From the NCBI GenBank assembly GCA_037444305.1, contig JBBIMP010000014.1:47316-111315 (forward strand): a stretch of DNA of 64,000 nt. The letters run 5' to 3'. A program made the translations under genes and the position numbers. Shown here in pieces: positions 28,394-41,706 of the stretch. The notes under the pieces are model-generated. The model did not search any database, was not told where the DNA came from, and saw nothing but the letters and a program-made list of their open reading frames with translations. The DNA is from Acidobacteriota bacterium. Its GTDB lineage: Bacteria > Acidobacteriota > UBA6911. How positions within the stretch are numbered: position 1 is the first letter of the stretch; every line of letters starts with the position of its first letter.

Positions 28394-28932
28394 TTTCGAG
28401 CGCCATCTATGCCAGGTATGCCAGGGCCCTGTCCGACGTCGCCCTGGAAACCGGCGAAGACCAGGCCATAGGCCGAGAATTGGGCATCTACAAAGCTATC
28501 TTCGAGGCCGTCCCGGACGTCCTGGAGGCGTTCCACAGTCCGGCTGTGGCGCACGACGCCAAGGAGAAGATGCTCACCGATCTGATGGCCCTCTACCCCG
28601 TCGGACGGACCACGGAGAACTTCCTGCGGGTACTGGTCGGGCACTATCGGATCCGGTATTTCCGGGAGATCGCCGATGCCTATGTCAAGACCGTCGAAGA
28701 ACGGCACGGAATAGTATCGGCGCGGGTCGTCTCCGCGACGCCGCTGGATGAAGGCAGCCTTACGCGGCTGCGCGAGGCGCTGGCGAAAACCACGGGCAAG
28801 TCGGTCCGGCTGGATGTCCGCGCGGATCCCGAACTTCTCGGCGGCGTCATCGTGCAGGTGGGCAGCACGGTGTACGACGGCTCGGTGAGAAGCCAGCTGG
28901 CCGAGCTGCGCGGGCAATTGACGGGTCGCTGA
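28390..28932 (+). CDS. atpH: F-type ATP synthase subunit delta (OSCP)
   Basis: 180 aa: [13 protein letters not shown]...[22 protein letters not shown]. Confidence 0.9.
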   Translation: MISSAIYARYARALSDVALETGEDQAIGRELGIYKAIFEAVPDVLEAFHSPAVAHDAKEKMLTDLMALYPVGRTTENFLRVLVGHYRIRYFREIADAYVKTVEERHGIVSARVVSATPLDEGSLTRLREALAKTTGKSVRLDVRADPELLGGVIVQVGSTVYDGSVRSQLAELRGQLTGR

Positions 28933-29029
28933 GCACGGCGGCGGGCACCCGGTTCCATTTATCCCCGCGTTCGCCGGCTGCGGCCGGGCGGCGCGGGACA
29001 GCGAGGCTGAAGCCGACAAGGAAGACAAC

Positions 29030-30562
<1,533 letters not shown>

Positions 30563-30570
30563 AGGCGCCG

Positions 30571-32926
<2,356 letters not shown>

Positions 32927-33006
32927 TCCCCGGCCGCCGCAGGACCGGGGTGAAGCCATCCCGCCGGGAGTCCGGTCGCGGCTCCGGCGAGATTTTGGAT
33001 AAGAAC

Positions 33007-33438
33007 ATGGCATTGCCTGAAAAAATCCGCCTCGAAATCGTGACGCCCGAGCGGCAGCTCTACAGCGGACTCGTGGACGCCGTCACGGTGCCCTCGAGCC
33101 GGGGATACCTGGGAATCCTGCCGGGCCACGCCCCTCTTCTGGCCGAGCTTGGGATCGGCGATATCAGCTACGTCCAGAACGGCGCGGAGGAGTTCCTTTC
33201 GTGCTCCTGGGGATTCGTTGAGGTGTTGCCCGACCGGGTGATCATCCTGGCGCAGACCGCCGAACTGGCCTCGGAGATCGACGTCAACCGGGCGGAACAG
33301 GCAAAGACGCGGGCACAGCAGGCCCTGCAGTCGAAGGACCCGAACCTGGATTATGCGCGCGCGGAGCTGGCGCTCCTGCGGGCCATCTCGCGAATCGACG
33401 CCGCCAAGCGCGCCCAGCTCCGAAAGACCTCGACCTAG
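33007..33438 (+). CDS. atpC: F-type ATP synthase subunit epsilon
   Basis: MALPEKIRLEIVTPERQLYSG...GILPGHAPLL... Confidence 0.93.
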   Translation: MALPEKIRLEIVTPERQLYSGLVDAVTVPSSRGYLGILPGHAPLLAELGIGDISYVQNGAEEFLSCSWGFVEVLPDRVIILAQTAELASEIDVNRAEQAKTRAQQALQSKDPNLDYARAELALLRAISRIDAAKRAQLRKTST

Positions 33439-33461
33439 AGCGAACTGCACAGCAGCTCACG

Positions 33462-33489
33462 CCCGGGATTCAGAGCGCAATATCCCGGG
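33462..33489 (+). terminator. Perfect 8-bp hairpin after atpC (no U-tract)
   Basis: CCCGGGAT, a 12-nt loop, then ATCCCGGG, starting 24 nt after the atpC stop. No T-run follows, so the terminator function is uncertain. Confidence 0.35.
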
Positions 33490-33720
33490 CCTGCCCGGCG
33501 GCCGCAGGCCCGATACGGGCCTCACCGCAAGATTTGAAATCCGGATTCAAAATACGTAAGCCACGGATAATTTCACCGATTCCACGAATTCAGACAGCCG
33601 GGTATGAAATCCTCCCTGTAATGGGTGAAATCCGCGGCCGGAGAAGCAGTCGCCCGGGACTGGCGTGGGTGGCGTTGCCGGCAGGAAAAAGCTCTGAACC
33701 CTCCGGGAAAGCTTTGCGGA

Positions 33721-34200
33721 TCAGGAAGTGCGGGAGCCGCCCCGGAACAGCGCCACGCCGATCAACCCGCCCAGGATCCCGAACACCACCGACAGGGCAA
33801 GCTGTCCCAGAATGCGGAAGAGCACGAGCACGCCCACAATCCCCCCCAGGTTTTCGAACAGGGTTTCCAGGACGGTGCGAAGGGTGTGGGGCATGCCGGA
33901 AAAACCGTGCAGAATCCTGCCCAGGAGGCCGCCCGCCGCGCCCCCGATCAGTAACACCAGCGGAATGGCGACAACTGCAAACATGGCCGTCCCGACCGCT
34001 CCGGAGAGCGCTCCCAGGATGATGCCGTCCTGGGCGCCGAGCGGCCTGGAGGGATTGGAGCTGCGATAAACGGCGACCGCGGCCAATGCGCCTGCCAGCG
34101 GCAGGACGAAACAGGCCAGGTTTAGGACGGGGACAAAGGGGGCGAGACCGGTGATCGCGCCCCCGATGAGGATAGCCTTCCACTTGCCTTCCAGATTCAC
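33721..34200 (-). CDS. Hypothetical Gly/Ala-rich multi-pass membrane protein
   Basis: 159 aa with 4-5 hydrophobic segments (AILIGGAITGLAPFV, VLPLAGALAAVAVY, IILGALSGAVGTAMFAVVAIPLVLLIGGAAGGLL ...). I recognise no named family. Confidence 0.5.
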   Translation of the reverse strand: MNLEGKWKAILIGGAITGLAPFVPVLNLACFVLPLAGALAAVAVYRSSNPSRPLGAQDGIILGALSGAVGTAMFAVVAIPLVLLIGGAAGGLLGRILHGFSGMPHTLRTVLETLFENLGGIVGVLVLFRILGQLALSVVFGILGGLIGVALFRGGSRTS

Positions 34201-34242
34201 AGGATCCCCTGCGCGTCGCCGCCTAGCAAGCGCGGATGGAAT

Positions 34243-35298
34243 CTAGATCTTAAGGGGCGGCATCCCAAGTTGTTCGCGGGCCTTGTTGTAGGCCTTCTCG
34301 ATTCCGATGGTCGTGTTGTTGTGCAGGGCCTTGTAGAGCTTGACCAGGTGTTCGTTCGCCTGCTTCTGCGTCTCGCCCTTCAGCAACTCGGCCTTGGCGA
34401 ACGAAAGGATGGCCTCCTCCACCTTGCCCAGCCGCCACTGCGACAGGCCGATGTAGTAGTACGGCGTGTCGAATTTTTCCACCTTCAGCGCCTGCTCGAA
34501 CGCCTGGATGGCCTCGGCAAACTTGTCCACGTCGTAGCGGTGCATGCCGATCATGAGGTAGCAGCTGCGCCGTACGAGGGTGTTGTTCTTGTTCCACTCG
34601 TCGGGCGTGATGGCTTCGGGCTTCTTGGCGGCATCCAGCGATTTGAGCGCCATCTGCGAGTATTCGGCGGCCTTGGCCAGGTCCTTCCGATCGCCGTATT
34701 TCTTGACCAGGGTCATTCTGAGATTGAAATCCCCGTCAAATTCCGGGTAGCCGAAAAGCTTGTGCGTCCATTCGAGGTGCTTGGCCTCATCGCGCAGCTT
34801 CTCGTAGCCTTCGGTGATGTAAAAGGCCAGGCTGGCAGACGGTTTCACGGCGTAAATCCGCAGGGCATAGTCGATGTATTTCTTGTGATGGCCCAGCTTC
34901 TGGGCCGCTTCCGCCGCGTAGGCCAGCATCTGGATGTCGTCCGGGAAGAACTTCATCCACTGCTCGGAAAGCTTTTCGAGCTTGGCGTAGGCCCCCTTCT
35001 GCTGGAGCTCGTACATCAGGCCCTGCCAGGCGATCACGATGTGCGGCTGGAGCTTGGACTTGGGAAACTTGTCCATGAATCCGATCAGGGCCTCGGCCTT
35101 CTTGTCCAGGTCGGTCTCATTGACCGCCTTGTCGTAGGCGTCGTATTCCTCTTCGGTATACTCCTCCTGCTCTTCCGGCGGCTGCTGGACCGGAGGTTTC
35201 TGGGCCTTGGCCTGCGCCAGGACCCAGCCGGATCCCGGCGACAGGATCAGCGCGCCGGCCAGAAGTACTAGAAACAGACTTTGATAGCTTCGCTTCAT
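34243..35298 (-). CDS. Secreted TPR-repeat protein
   Basis: It has a signal peptide (MKRSYQSLFLVLLAGALILSPGSGWVLAQA), an acidic linker, and repeated A/Y/L-patterned helices (e.g. AIQAFEQALKVEKFDTPYYYIGLSQWRLGKVEEAI). Confidence 0.7.
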   Translation of the reverse strand: MKRSYQSLFLVLLAGALILSPGSGWVLAQAKAQKPPVQQPPEEQEEYTEEEYDAYDKAVNETDLDKKAEALIGFMDKFPKSKLQPHIVIAWQGLMYELQQKGAYAKLEKLSEQWMKFFPDDIQMLAYAAEAAQKLGHHKKYIDYALRIYAVKPSASLAFYITEGYEKLRDEAKHLEWTHKLFGYPEFDGDFNLRMTLVKKYGDRKDLAKAAEYSQMALKSLDAAKKPEAITPDEWNKNNTLVRRSCYLMIGMHRYDVDKFAEAIQAFEQALKVEKFDTPYYYIGLSQWRLGKVEEAILSFAKAELLKGETQKQANEHLVKLYKALHNNTTIGIEKAYNKAREQLGMPPLKI

Positions 35299-35559
35299 GG
35301 ATACCTTTCCCCCTTCATTGTCTTTGCTATGAGGCGCATTCTAAGTTAATTCAAAAATTTAAATCAACTCCATAATTCGCATTTCCGTCCTGCCTTCGCC
35401 TGCCGCGCGCGCCTTCCGGGAGATGCCTGCCTCTGCTTTCGCCACGTGCCTTGGGCGGGTCTTCGCTGATTAGTGATGACGCGCGCACGGCGAAGTTGCA
35501 GGTTTCCGATGGCCGGACATTAACCCATGTGCAGCCGATCCCGGGGCTGTGTTTTGGGC

Positions 35560-35588
35560 TTGAAATCAGCTTCCCCATTTCTTAAGAT
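35560..35588 (+). promoter_or_regulatory. Sigma70-like promoter of tRNA-Gln
   Basis: TTGAAA (35560-35565), a 17-nt spacer, then TAAGAT (35583-35588), about 18 nt before the tRNA 5' end. Confidence 0.5.
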
Positions 35589-35606
35589 GAGGCTGTCCCG
35601 CAGTGC

Positions 35607-35680
35607 TGGGAGATCGTCTAATGGTAAGACGGGTGGCTCTGGACCATCTGATCGGGGTTCGAATCCCTGTCTCCCAGCCA
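35607..35680 (+). tRNA. tRNA-Gln (anticodon CUG), CCA encoded
   Basis: Hand-folded cloverleaf:
- acceptor TGGGAGA/TCTCCCA
- D arm GTCT-AATGGTA-AGAC
- anticodon arm GGTGG-CTCTGGA-CCATC (CUG)
- variable loop TGAT
- T arm CGGGG-TTCGAAT-CCCTG
- discriminator G, then CCA
The U1:A72 pair and G73 match tRNA-Gln identity elements. Confidence 0.9.
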
Positions 35681-35787
35681 ATCCGGCCTTCGACGCAAAG
35701 ATAATCCCGCTCGACGATGGGAAAAGGTAGCCGCTGATGCGGGCATGATCTGCGAATCCCTGTTCCGGCCGGAGGCCATGGAGACTC

Positions 35788-37545
35788 ATGAGCACGTCGA
35801 ATTCCGATAGCAGCAGGCAGAATCCCCCGAGCAGAGGGGAGCCGGAGGCGCCTTCCGGGAGTGCCGCGCCCCCCCTCGATTTCATCCGGACCATCATCAT
35901 CGAAGATCTTAGGACCGGCAAGAACGATGGCCGGGTGCACACGCGCTTCCCGCCGGAGCCCAACGGGTACCTCCACATCGGCCACGCCAAGTCGATCTGC
36001 CTCAATTTCGGCATTGCGGCGGATTTTCCCAACGGCCTCTGCAACCTCCGTTTCGACGACACCAACCCGAGCAAGGAAGAGGTCGAATACGTGGAGTCGA
36101 TCCAGGAAGATGTGCGCTGGCTGGGCTTCGACTGGGAGGACCGGCTTTACTATGCCTCGGATTACTTCGACCGGTTCTACGAGTACGCCGAGGAGCTCAT
36201 TCGGGCGGGCAAGGCCTACGTGGACAACCTGACGCCGGAGGAGATACGCGCCCACCGGGGAACGCTCACGGAGCCCGGCCGGCAGAGTCCCTACCGCGAC
36301 CGGCCGGCGGCGGAGAGCCTGGAGCTGTTCCGCCGGATGAAAGGCGGGGAATTCGAGGAGGGCGCCTGCGTGCTGCGGGCGAAGATCGACATGGCCTCGC
36401 CCAACATCAACCTCCGGGATCCGGTGCTCTACCGCATCAAGCACGAACCGCACCACCGCACGGGCGACAAGTGGTGCATCTACCCGATGTACGACTATGC
36501 CCATGCCCTCTCCGATGCCCTGGAGGGGATTACGCACTCCATCTGCACCCTGGAGTTCGAGGACCACCGCCCGCTCTACGATTGGGTCCTGGACAATCTG
36601 GACGTCCCGTGCCACCCGCAGCAGATCGAATTCGCGCGCCTGAATCTCAACTACACCATCATGAGCAAGCGGAAGCTCCTGAAGCTGGTCGAGGAGCGGG
36701 TGGTGCAGGGCTGGGACGATCCCCGCATGCCCACCATCAGCGGCCTCCGCAGGCGCGGTTTCACCCCGGAGGCGATCCGTGCCTTCTGCGACCGCGTGGG
36801 CGTGGCCAAGCGCGAAAATGTCGTCGACGCGGCCCTGCTCGAACACTTCCTGCGCGAGGACCTGAACCGGCGCGCCCAGAGGGTGATGTGCGTCCTCCGC
36901 CCGCTGCGCGTGGTGATCGCCAACTACCCGGAGGAGCGGGTGGAGGAGATGGACGTGGTGAACAACCCGGAGGATCCGTCGGCGGGGACGCGCAAGGTGC
37001 CGTTTTCCAGAGTGCTCTACATCGAGAGGGAGGACTTCCGGGAGGATCCCCCGAAGAAGTTCTTCCGGCTCGCCCCGGGCCGCGAAGTGCGCCTGCGCAA
37101 TGCCTACCTGATCACGTGCGTGGACGTGATCAAGGACCCGGAAACGGGTGAGCCGGTGGAGCTGCTCTGCACCTACGATCCCGAAACCCGGGGAGGGGAC
37201 GCGCCGGATGGGCGCAGGGTGAAGGCAACGCTCCACTGGGTCTCCGCCGGGCACTCGCTGGCAACCGAGGTCCGGCTGTACGACAGGCTCTTCCTGAGCG
37301 CGCATCCCGGCGCCGAAGGGGACGGGGGCGATTTCCTGGCCGACCTCAATCCCCACTCCCTCGAGATCCTCGAATCCTGCAGGATCGAGCCGAGCGTCGC
37401 CGGGGCGGAGCCGGGAAGCCGTTTTCAATTCGAACGCCAGGGGTATTTCTGCGTCGATCCGGATGCGCCCGGGGGCAGGCTGGTGTTCAACCGCACGGTT
37501 CCGCTTCGCGACTCCTGGGCCAAGATTGCAAAATCCCTCGAGTGA
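35788..37545 (+). CDS. glnS: Glutamine--tRNA ligase
   Basis: 585 aa: [11 protein letters not shown]...[17 protein letters not shown] (HIGH) and IMSKRKL (KMSKS-type). It has an N-terminal low-complexity extension of about 30 aa. Confidence 0.97.
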   Translation: MSTSNSDSSRQNPPSRGEPEAPSGSAAPPLDFIRTIIIEDLRTGKNDGRVHTRFPPEPNGYLHIGHAKSICLNFGIAADFPNGLCNLRFDDTNPSKEEVEYVESIQEDVRWLGFDWEDRLYYASDYFDRFYEYAEELIRAGKAYVDNLTPEEIRAHRGTLTEPGRQSPYRDRPAAESLELFRRMKGGEFEEGACVLRAKIDMASPNINLRDPVLYRIKHEPHHRTGDKWCIYPMYDYAHALSDALEGITHSICTLEFEDHRPLYDWVLDNLDVPCHPQQIEFARLNLNYTIMSKRKLLKLVEERVVQGWDDPRMPTISGLRRRGFTPEAIRAFCDRVGVAKRENVVDAALLEHFLREDLNRRAQRVMCVLRPLRVVIANYPEERVEEMDVVNNPEDPSAGTRKVPFSRVLYIEREDFREDPPKKFFRLAPGREVRLRNAYLITCVDVIKDPETGEPVELLCTYDPETRGGDAPDGRRVKATLHWVSAGHSLATEVRLYDRLFLSAHPGAEGDGGDFLADLNPHSLEILESCRIEPSVAGAEPGSRFQFERQGYFCVDPDAPGGRLVFNRTVPLRDSWAKIAKSLE

Positions 37546-37816
37546 GGTCGGCGAGGGGACCCGAAGCGCCGGGCCCGCCGACGCTGATTCACGCTGCCGG
37601 TTTCTTATCCCGAGTTAAGCACCTTTTCGAGTGGCCGTAGGATATGAGGTCGGAATCCCGAGCGCAAGGAAATTAACTTTTTCCAGGGTGAAGGGACTGT
37701 GCCAATCCCGGGGCGCGGCCGATAAGGGGAAGGAAGGGAAGGCCACAAGAGGGCACTTCCACCGCACGCCCGGGCGGGCGCGCCGGCGGGACGGAGTGCC
37801 CGGGGGGGGACCGGCG

Positions 37817-38266
37817 GTGAACGGAAGCGATTCGACCACAATCGGCCAGATCATGCGCAGCGACGTGATCCGGATCGGCATGGATGCGACTCTCGCCGAG
37901 GCGATGACCGTCTGCCTGCAGCACCGCGTGCGTCACCTGCCGGTCGTGGACGGGGGTGAAAGGCTGGTGGGGCTGGTCACCGATCGCGACCTGAGGGTTT
38001 TCATCAGCCACCGGCTGGGAACGATGATGGAAAACAACGCGGACCGCGAAACCCTTCACCGCCGCGTGCACGTCATGATGGTGCGGCGCGTCGTGACCGC
38101 AACACCCCAAACGAGCGTGGCCGAGGCGGCTCTCCTGATGCTGCAGAATCACGTCGGCAGCCTGCCGGTCGTGGACGGATCCCAGCGCCTGGTGGGCATC
38201 GTGACCACCCACGACCTACTGGCGCTCCTTGCGGAGCAGCGCGTGCCCGTAGAGGCTGCTCTCTAG
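37817..38266 (+). CDS. CBS-pair domain protein
   Basis: There are two CBS modules: IGQIMRSDVIRIGMDATLAEA...RHLPVVDGGERLVGLVTDRDL and VMMVRRVVTATPQTSVAEAA...GSLPVVDGSQRLVGIVTTHDL. I propose a GTG start at 37817; ATG 37853 is also possible. Confidence 0.8.
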   Translation: MNGSDSTTIGQIMRSDVIRIGMDATLAEAMTVCLQHRVRHLPVVDGGERLVGLVTDRDLRVFISHRLGTMMENNADRETLHRRVHVMMVRRVVTATPQTSVAEAALLMLQNHVGSLPVVDGSQRLVGIVTTHDLLALLAEQRVPVEAAL

Positions 38267-38469
38267 CAGGGGCGGCAAAAGCCCTGTGCGCGGATCCCGT
38301 CCGGTACCTTTGGCGTTTTCTGCGCCTTTCCGCGTCCCAAGATTCCTGCCGCTCCCCAATTCACGAATTCTTCGGGCTCAAGCCGGCGCCGCGGGTGAAC
38401 ACGGAAGCCGTGCAGCGGCGGCGCGCGGAAATCCCGCTTTCACCCGCGGATGAAACCCGGTCAGTTCAG

Positions 38470-38940
38470 GCTGTCTTCCTCGATGACCGCCCGGGTGGTG
38501 TAGTCCTTGCCCCCGACCGTGTCCCCTTTGGCCGGACCGGAGGAGGACCGCCAGGGATACCGGGCGGCGCCGGTTCCCGGCAATCCCGCCGCGGTGGAAG
38601 AGATGCTGCGTTCCCATGGCAAGCTGAAGCTGGCCGAGGTTCTGGGGCCGGCGATCGAACTCGCCGAGAAGGCACCCTGAAGCCCAAAAAGGACGGGTGG
38701 GAGCTTTCCACCCTCTCCTCGCCCCGGTTTGCGGCGGAGCGAGCGGAGGAGATCAGGAAACGGCTCGAAGCCCGCTCCCAGCCTCCCGGTTCGGGCAGGC
38801 CTCCCCGGGAGTCCGACACCACACACCTGTCGGTGATCGACCGGGAGGGCAACGCGGTCTCCCTGACCACGCCTTCCGATTTTTCTCTACCCTTCGCAAG
38901 GGAAATGATCCGATTCGGGCGGATTTTGCAGGATCACTGA
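38470..38940 (+). pseudogene. ggt: Decayed gamma-glutamyltransferase gene (fragments in two frames, with a large internal and a C-terminal deletion)
   Basis: One frame reads ...VPGNPAAVEEMLRSHGKLKLAEVLGPAIELAEKAP*, resembling the GGT region around VPG..aG....yG.l.l.evl.PAI.lAe.G. Another frame reads ...LSSPRFAAERAEEIRKRL...ESDTTHLSVIDREGNAVSLTT, which is the autoprocessing Thr motif DTTH.svvD..GNaVs.T. No full-length frame exists. Confidence 0.7.
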
Positions 38941-39383
38941 TGCGCGGCCCGCGTGAGCCTGTCGGCCGAATATCGCAGTCTCGTCCGGACGAACAACAGA
39001 AAGAAGGCGGGCAGGAGGAACAGCGAGTCGCGCAGCAGAGTCAGGAGGGAAATCTTCTCTCCGATGCCGAAGCAGCCGCAGTCGGCCTCGATCCCGCGTG
39101 CATAGGTGATCGCCATGGCGATTATGAAGGCGGCCAACAGCGCCGCCGCAAAGCCGGCCGTCCAACGAATCGCAATGCCCGAAAGAATCACCAGGCCCAG
39201 AACGATCTCCAGCCACGGGATGATCTTCACCGCCCAGATCACGCCCCACGCGGGGAGCAGCTGATAGGCTTCGATGGTGGCGGCAAACTGCAGGGGAGAC
39301 GCCGCGAGTTTGGTATACCCGGCATAGATGAAAATGGCTCCGAGAAAAACCCGGCAAGCCCAGTGCAGGATGAGGATGCTCAT
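38934..39383 (-). CDS. MauE/DoxX-family membrane protein
   Basis: 149 aa with four TM segments: RVFLGAIFIYAGYTKL and the Cys pair DCGCFG typical of MauE-like proteins. Confidence 0.75.
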   Translation of the reverse strand: MSILILHWACRVFLGAIFIYAGYTKLAASPLQFAATIEAYQLLPAWGVIWAVKIIPWLEIVLGLVILSGIAIRWTAGFAAALLAAFIIAMAITYARGIEADCGCFGIGEKISLLTLLRDSLFLLPAFFLLFVRTRLRYSADRLTRAAHQ

Positions 39384-39387
39384 CGGC

Positions 39388-40008
39388 CTATTTCAAAACC
39401 CTGTCCAGGTAGTCCTTCAGAATGGGATAGGAAACACCGCCGACCACGCGCTGTTCCCGGCCGCCGACGCTGATGAAAAATGTGGGCGTCGACCGGATGT
39501 CCTTTTTTTCGCCGTGCGCGATTTCCTTTTTAATTTCCTCTTCGATGGACGGGTCCTGCAGCAGTTTCCGGACCCGGGTCATCTGCTCGGTTGAAAGCAC
39601 GCGGGCAACGACCGGCTCGATCTTTCCGTCCTGGGACCAGACTTCCTGCTCGGCATACAGGGCGTCGCTCACGCGCAGCCAGAGGTCGTGCCCGATGCGC
39701 CTGGCGGCGAGAGCGTAGCGCGTGGCCTCCCGCGCGTGGGTGTGCATCTGCAGGGGAAAGTCCCGGTATATAACCGCCACGCGGTTGCCCCTGGAATACT
39801 CGCCGATCACGGGCCGGACGGTCTCGAGGTAGAATGAGCGGCAGGCGGGGCATTGGTAGTCGGAAAAGACCTCGATCGTCACGGGGGCGCCCGGGCTCCC
39901 TCCCGCATAGTGAGGCGGCGTGTTCTGGGCCGGGGTGCGATCGCCTGCCATCAGAAGCGCCAACAGCGTTAGCCACACAATCGCGATCCAGGATCTGCCG
40001 GTTTTCAT
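39388..40008 (-). CDS. Secreted DsbA/thioredoxin-fold thiol:disulfide oxidoreductase
   Basis: It has a signal peptide (MKTGRSWIAIVWLTLLALLMAG) and the active site FSDYQCPACRSFY (CPAC). Its stop is 4 nt from the start of the mauE-like gene. Confidence 0.8.
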   Translation of the reverse strand: MKTGRSWIAIVWLTLLALLMAGDRTPAQNTPPHYAGGSPGAPVTIEVFSDYQCPACRSFYLETVRPVIGEYSRGNRVAVIYRDFPLQMHTHAREATRYALAARRIGHDLWLRVSDALYAEQEVWSQDGKIEPVVARVLSTEQMTRVRKLLQDPSIEEEIKKEIAHGEKKDIRSTPTFFISVGGREQRVVGGVSYPILKDYLDRVLK

Positions 40009-40275
40009 GCCTTCCCTTTCCTTGTCCTGTTCGAGTTGCCCGCCGGTCCTCCGGGCAGTGTCACTGCCGCCGGTCCCTCGGATCTCGACAAAGGTACCAC
40101 CGTTTATGCCGTTGTGCTACCATGCACTCTCTTTTGCCGGAGGACAGGCCATCGAATGCCGCCTCCCGCGCTGCTTTTTGAGACGCTGCGGGTGCGACGG
40201 CAGCCCGAACAGTTCCCGCAGCAGGGATATCCCTTGGGTGCAGGCTGCTGCCCCTCACACGACTAATCGAGAGAG

Positions 40276-41658
40276 ATGGTGCAAGAGAGAAGAAGTTTCT
40301 TGGGAAAAATCGGCGTTGTCCTGGTCCTGCTCGGACTTGTCGCGGTCATCGGCACAGGCATGTTTCATGCCGGGCCTGAGCCGCAGATCCGTATCTCTCC
40401 CTCTTTCCCGGCCATAGGGAAACGGACCGTGATCAAGGTGGAGGTGTCCGAGCCGTCCAGGGGGCTGAGCCATGTGCGGGTGGATTTCGTTCAGGGGGAG
40501 CGGACCGAACTGCTCGCGGAAAAGGGCTACGCGCACCGGTCGGCCCTCCAGTTCTGGGGAGCGATAACCGCCAGGGACACGATCTCGGTGCCCGTCGGCA
40601 GGGAAACGATCCAGGGGCTGAAGACCGGCAATGCCACGATCCGGATCACGGCCGGCAGGACCGGCGGCTGGCTGCGCAGCCCCGATCCCGTAGTGGAAGC
40701 GCTGGTGCTGCCCGTTCGCTTGTCGCCGCCCTCGCTCGAGGTTCTCTCGACCAAAACTTACGTGGCCCAGGGAGGTTGTGAGGTCGTGGTCTATCGCGTG
40801 GGCGAATCCTCGCTGCGGGACGGCGTCCGTGTCGGATCGGAGTGGTTCCCAGGCTACCCGCTGCCGGGAGGCGGCAGCCGGGAGCGGTTCGCCCTCTTTG
40901 CGATTCCCTACGACGTGGGCCGGCCGGAAGTCCGCCTGGTGGCGGTGGACGGGGCGGAGAACGAGGCCCAGGCAAGTTTCGTCGACCAGTTCTTCCCCAA
41001 GCGGTTCAAGCGCGACACGATCGAGGTCTCCGACGCCTTTCTCTCAAAGGTGGTTCCCGAGATCATGGGGGAAACCCCGGATCTGCAGGACAAGGGAAGC
41101 GACCTGGAGAACTACCTGGCCATCAACGGCGAACTACGGCGCAGACAGGACCAGCAGCTTCGCGCTCTCGGACAGGAGTCACGCGCGGAATTCCTCTGGA
41201 AACAGCCCTTTCTGTCCATCCCCAACGGCAAAGTGATGGCCGGCTTCGCCGATCACCGTAGTTACAGGTATGGCGGCCGGCTCGTGGATGAGCAGGTGCA
41301 CCTGGGCTACGACCTGGCGGTGACCCGGCGCGCCCCGGTGCCCGCGGCCAACAACGGTGTTGTCGTCATGGCCCGGTATTTCGGGATTTACGGCAACACT
41401 GTCATTCTGGATCATGGATACGGGCTGATGAGCCTCTACTCTCATCTTTCGTCGATGGCTGTGGGCGAAGGGCAGGAGGTTTCACGGGGCGACATCATCG
41501 GCCAGACGGGCGAAACGGGCCTGGCCGGCGGCGATCACCTTCACTTTTCCATGCTGCTGCGCGGCATTCCGGTAACTCCCGTGGAGTGGTGGGATGCGCA
41601 CTGGCTAGGGGATCGCATTGCGCGCAAGCTGGGGCCGGCCCTGCCGTGGGAGCGCTGA
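40276..41658 (+). CDS. M23-family metallopeptidase with N-terminal TM anchor
   Basis: C-terminal LytM motifs: HLGYDLA, GNTVILDHGYGLMSLYSHL and GGDHLHFSM. Confidence 0.85.
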   Translation: MVQERRSFLGKIGVVLVLLGLVAVIGTGMFHAGPEPQIRISPSFPAIGKRTVIKVEVSEPSRGLSHVRVDFVQGERTELLAEKGYAHRSALQFWGAITARDTISVPVGRETIQGLKTGNATIRITAGRTGGWLRSPDPVVEALVLPVRLSPPSLEVLSTKTYVAQGGCEVVVYRVGESSLRDGVRVGSEWFPGYPLPGGGSRERFALFAIPYDVGRPEVRLVAVDGAENEAQASFVDQFFPKRFKRDTIEVSDAFLSKVVPEIMGETPDLQDKGSDLENYLAINGELRRRQDQQLRALGQESRAEFLWKQPFLSIPNGKVMAGFADHRSYRYGGRLVDEQVHLGYDLAVTRRAPVPAANNGVVVMARYFGIYGNTVILDHGYGLMSLYSHLSSMAVGEGQEVSRGDIIGQTGETGLAGGDHLHFSMLLRGIPVTPVEWWDAHWLGDRIARKLGPALPWER

Positions 41659-41706
41659 CAGGATCTTTCGGCTGCCTCCGCGCTCCATCCCTTGCTTGGG
41701 TAGAAC

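Noticed and set aside
35566-37428. A 620-aa minus-strand ORF.
   Set aside because: It is antisense to glnS and also runs across the tRNA-Gln gene. It has no recognisable domains.
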